Part shown: positions 61,795 through 64,000 of the stretch, in pieces
Layout of the letters: every line of letters starts with the position of its first letter
Position numbering within the stretch: position 1 is the stretch's first letter
NCBI GenBank assembly: GCA_977030845.1
Contig: OZ365116.1
Location: 4,712,001 to 4,776,000 of the forward strand
DNA from: Fimbriosthenelais zetlandica
Taxonomy: Eukaryota
DNA length: 64,000 nt
Reading direction: 5' to 3'
The notes under the pieces: generated by a model
Seen by the model: the letters and a program-made list of their open reading frames with translations, nothing else
What the model was told of the DNA's origin: nothing
Database searches by the model: none
Made by a program: the position numbers and the translations under genes

Positions 61795-63483
61795 TGTTTC
61801 TCTTGACTATACTATACTCGGTGTAGCGTGCAGTATATATTCAGTTTATTATTGATAATCTGTAATCTGACTGGGGTAAATATATATATATGTATATATA
61901 ACAGGACCTAATATGGACATTGACAATACATTTTGGTTTCTAAATAGTTAGTGATGTGCTTAATACCGAAGGAAAAAGATGAGTACATAATATAATACTC
62001 TTCCAATCCTACCTAACTAAGTTCTTGAATTTCGAGCTATTGTAACTGTTAAAAACACAGCTACCTTAATTTTACCAATCTCCAAGCTGATAAGGATCCG
62101 GCGGTGGCCTTATTTGGAATAATAGACACTATAGTAGCCCTCAATTATTTGGCCTTACATTGACAAAAAGCTAGCGTTTCAATTACTTCCCTGCCCACCA
62201 GCCTAGGAACTGGTCAGTGCCCGGTCAAGACTCCGGCCAAATCAGCTTATCACCAGGTCCATCATCAGGATGACCATCGGTCAGTTATGCCCTGGAGGAC
62301 TGGACAACACATGGGCCTTGGATGAGAAGTCTGAGAATGATAGAGGATGGGTTATAACCGGGCTGGGCTATCACTAAGGCGGGTTAAATATAACGTCCGC
62401 CAGTAGTCGAAGAAGAGGCTGAAAACATGATCTTTTACCATGCAATTCTATGGGGACTTGCCTTTCATCATGTATATTGTACTAGAAAATAATTATAGCA
62501 ATTTACATGAAGTGATTCTATACACTTCTGTATCAAAATCCCTGTTCTTGACATGACCATGGAGGTGAGAATGGGATGGGGGTGGGGCACATTTGAGATT
62601 TGTTTCAAACATATGGTGTACCGCATACCGATCAGCTTAATTTGAATTCCGTCGTTTCGTCATTTTCTTGCGGAAAATCTAAGTACTATATTCCAGTCTC
62701 GAAATTATACAAATTAAAAATTGGAATCTCTGTACAAAGAGAAGATGGGCGAGAGAGTCGCTTTAAAATATTATTCAGGTCATTCTCAGGCAATAATAAA
62801 GACCCTGCTTCTCTTATAGACAGCATTATAGTAAAGAAGGATAGCATTAGAAGCGGGGAGGAAAACCTAATTATATGGTGTTAGAAGCAGGCTCAGCCGA
62901 GCAAGGTACTGAAGGAGGCTGAAAGGGAGAGGGAGAGAGGGAGGGAGGAAATGAAGAGAGATGGCTGGAAGAAATAAAAAAGTAGGGCAAGATATGTCTA
63001 AGTATATATAAGGAATAGAAATAATACATGAGGAGCCTTTTCTAAACGTGGTATTCTCAGAGGTGTATCTGTGATAATGTGGGCTGATATCCATCCCTGT
63101 CCATAATCTTCCCATCCCCTCCTAAATCTTTCCACCCACGCTCCTAGTTCTCTGACCATGTCCAAGTCATCAACCTGTCACTGCCAATAATGGTCAGCGA
63201 TTGGGGGCGACACTGGTGGTGGAAGAGAAGAGAAGGGAAATGAACGAGTGGCAGGTTAAGTAAGATACAATTGGCAAGGTAATGTCAACCTGCTAAATGG
63301 GAACAGTGGGAATAGAATGAACAGACCTGGAAGGGAAGGAATAGAAAAGCTAAGGTCCTATCAGTTCAGCCTTCAGGCACTTAATGAATTCTCAGGAATT
63401 GGAGGATTTAAAAGTGTTGTTCAGAGAACAATCTAAAAATCAGTTTGCAATGAAATTTTATGCCTTCTGTGAAGAGATTGTAA

Positions 63484-63555
63484 ATAGGAATGGTCCAATT
63501 GGTATACCCATTGTAGCCAGCTTCACAGGCGTGGGTTCCAATCCCACCACTGCCA
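63484..63555 (+). pseudogene. tRNA-Leu-derived pseudogene or SINE head
   Basis: 63528-63555 GGCGTGGGTTCCAATCCCACCACTGCCA differs at 2 of 28 positions from the recalled 3' end of eukaryotic tRNA-Leu(AAG/TAG) and is followed by TTTT. The 5' half is degenerate and cannot form the acceptor and D stems. Confidence 0.55.
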
Positions 63556-64000
63556 TTTTGTTTGTTCCGATCAATGGCATTCCATTTCTTAGAAAACATC
63601 TAGTTATAGAGGCACAACTATGCACCCACCCTGAGATTTGCAAAACCAACCATAAAATACAGACGAGGAAAGTTCGCATATTATTATGATACCCTACGTG
63701 ATGGACTTCACCCAGATCATGACACGATCAACACCTGGGCAGGGGAAACAATCAAGTGGGCAAATAAAATACTACCCTTTGTCGAACGATAACGGGTTTT
63801 TTCTAGAAACGATAGTTCCCACTTACTTATTCAGCACAAGTACCCACTTTTACCATCTGGAAGTAAAACATACATCCCTTGTTGAACAATAAGGGATGAA
63901 CTCAATGATTAATTGAAGAATAAATGGATACCCAGGGCAGAGGCGTGATCTTGCCCGATTGATAAATAGTTAAGGATACGGGTTAAAATTATGCTTAATT

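Noticed and set aside
422-63892. The many 60-160 aa ORFs in the six-frame track (e.g. 22106-22501, 24333-24731, 40039-40344, 56317-56796, 60716-61078, 63384-63689)
   Set aside because: They have no recognisable domains or consistent splice context. Many start at non-ATG codons or translate low-complexity DNA, and they are expected by chance in 64 kb.
1-64000. CRISPR arrays, rRNA, intact tRNA genes, and transposase or reverse-transcriptase ORFs
   Set aside because: None was seen. The tandem repeats lack unique spacers, and no ORF carries DDE, RT or Rep/helicase motifs.

Overview
Eukaryotic (animal, most likely marine invertebrate) genomic DNA, roughly 40% GC by eye, with one assembly gap (N run 52560-52688). 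Two protein-coding loci are supported, arranged tail-to-tail. (1) The 3' part of an unidentified + strand gene with four phase-consistent exons (..11, 228-326, 2400-2586, 6995-8087). (2) A complete SK/KCNN small-conductance Ca2+-activated K+ channel whose 450-aa CDS (13885-15237, minus strand) has no introns. The remaining ~48 kb upstream of the SK start has no recognisable coding sequence. It does contain candidate minus-strand non-coding exons and promoter-like motif clusters, MITEs, tRNA-derived fragments and simple repeats. Three short motifs look over-represented: TAGGCCTA (13 copies), a CTCF-like CTAGGGGGC core and RFX X-boxes. I found no clearly new biological system. The best leads are the intronless SK gene with possible multiple distant promoters, the TAGGCCTA excess and a minisatellite built from a tRNA D-arm. 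All protein and motif comparisons are from memory of consensus sequences, and all counts were made by eye.
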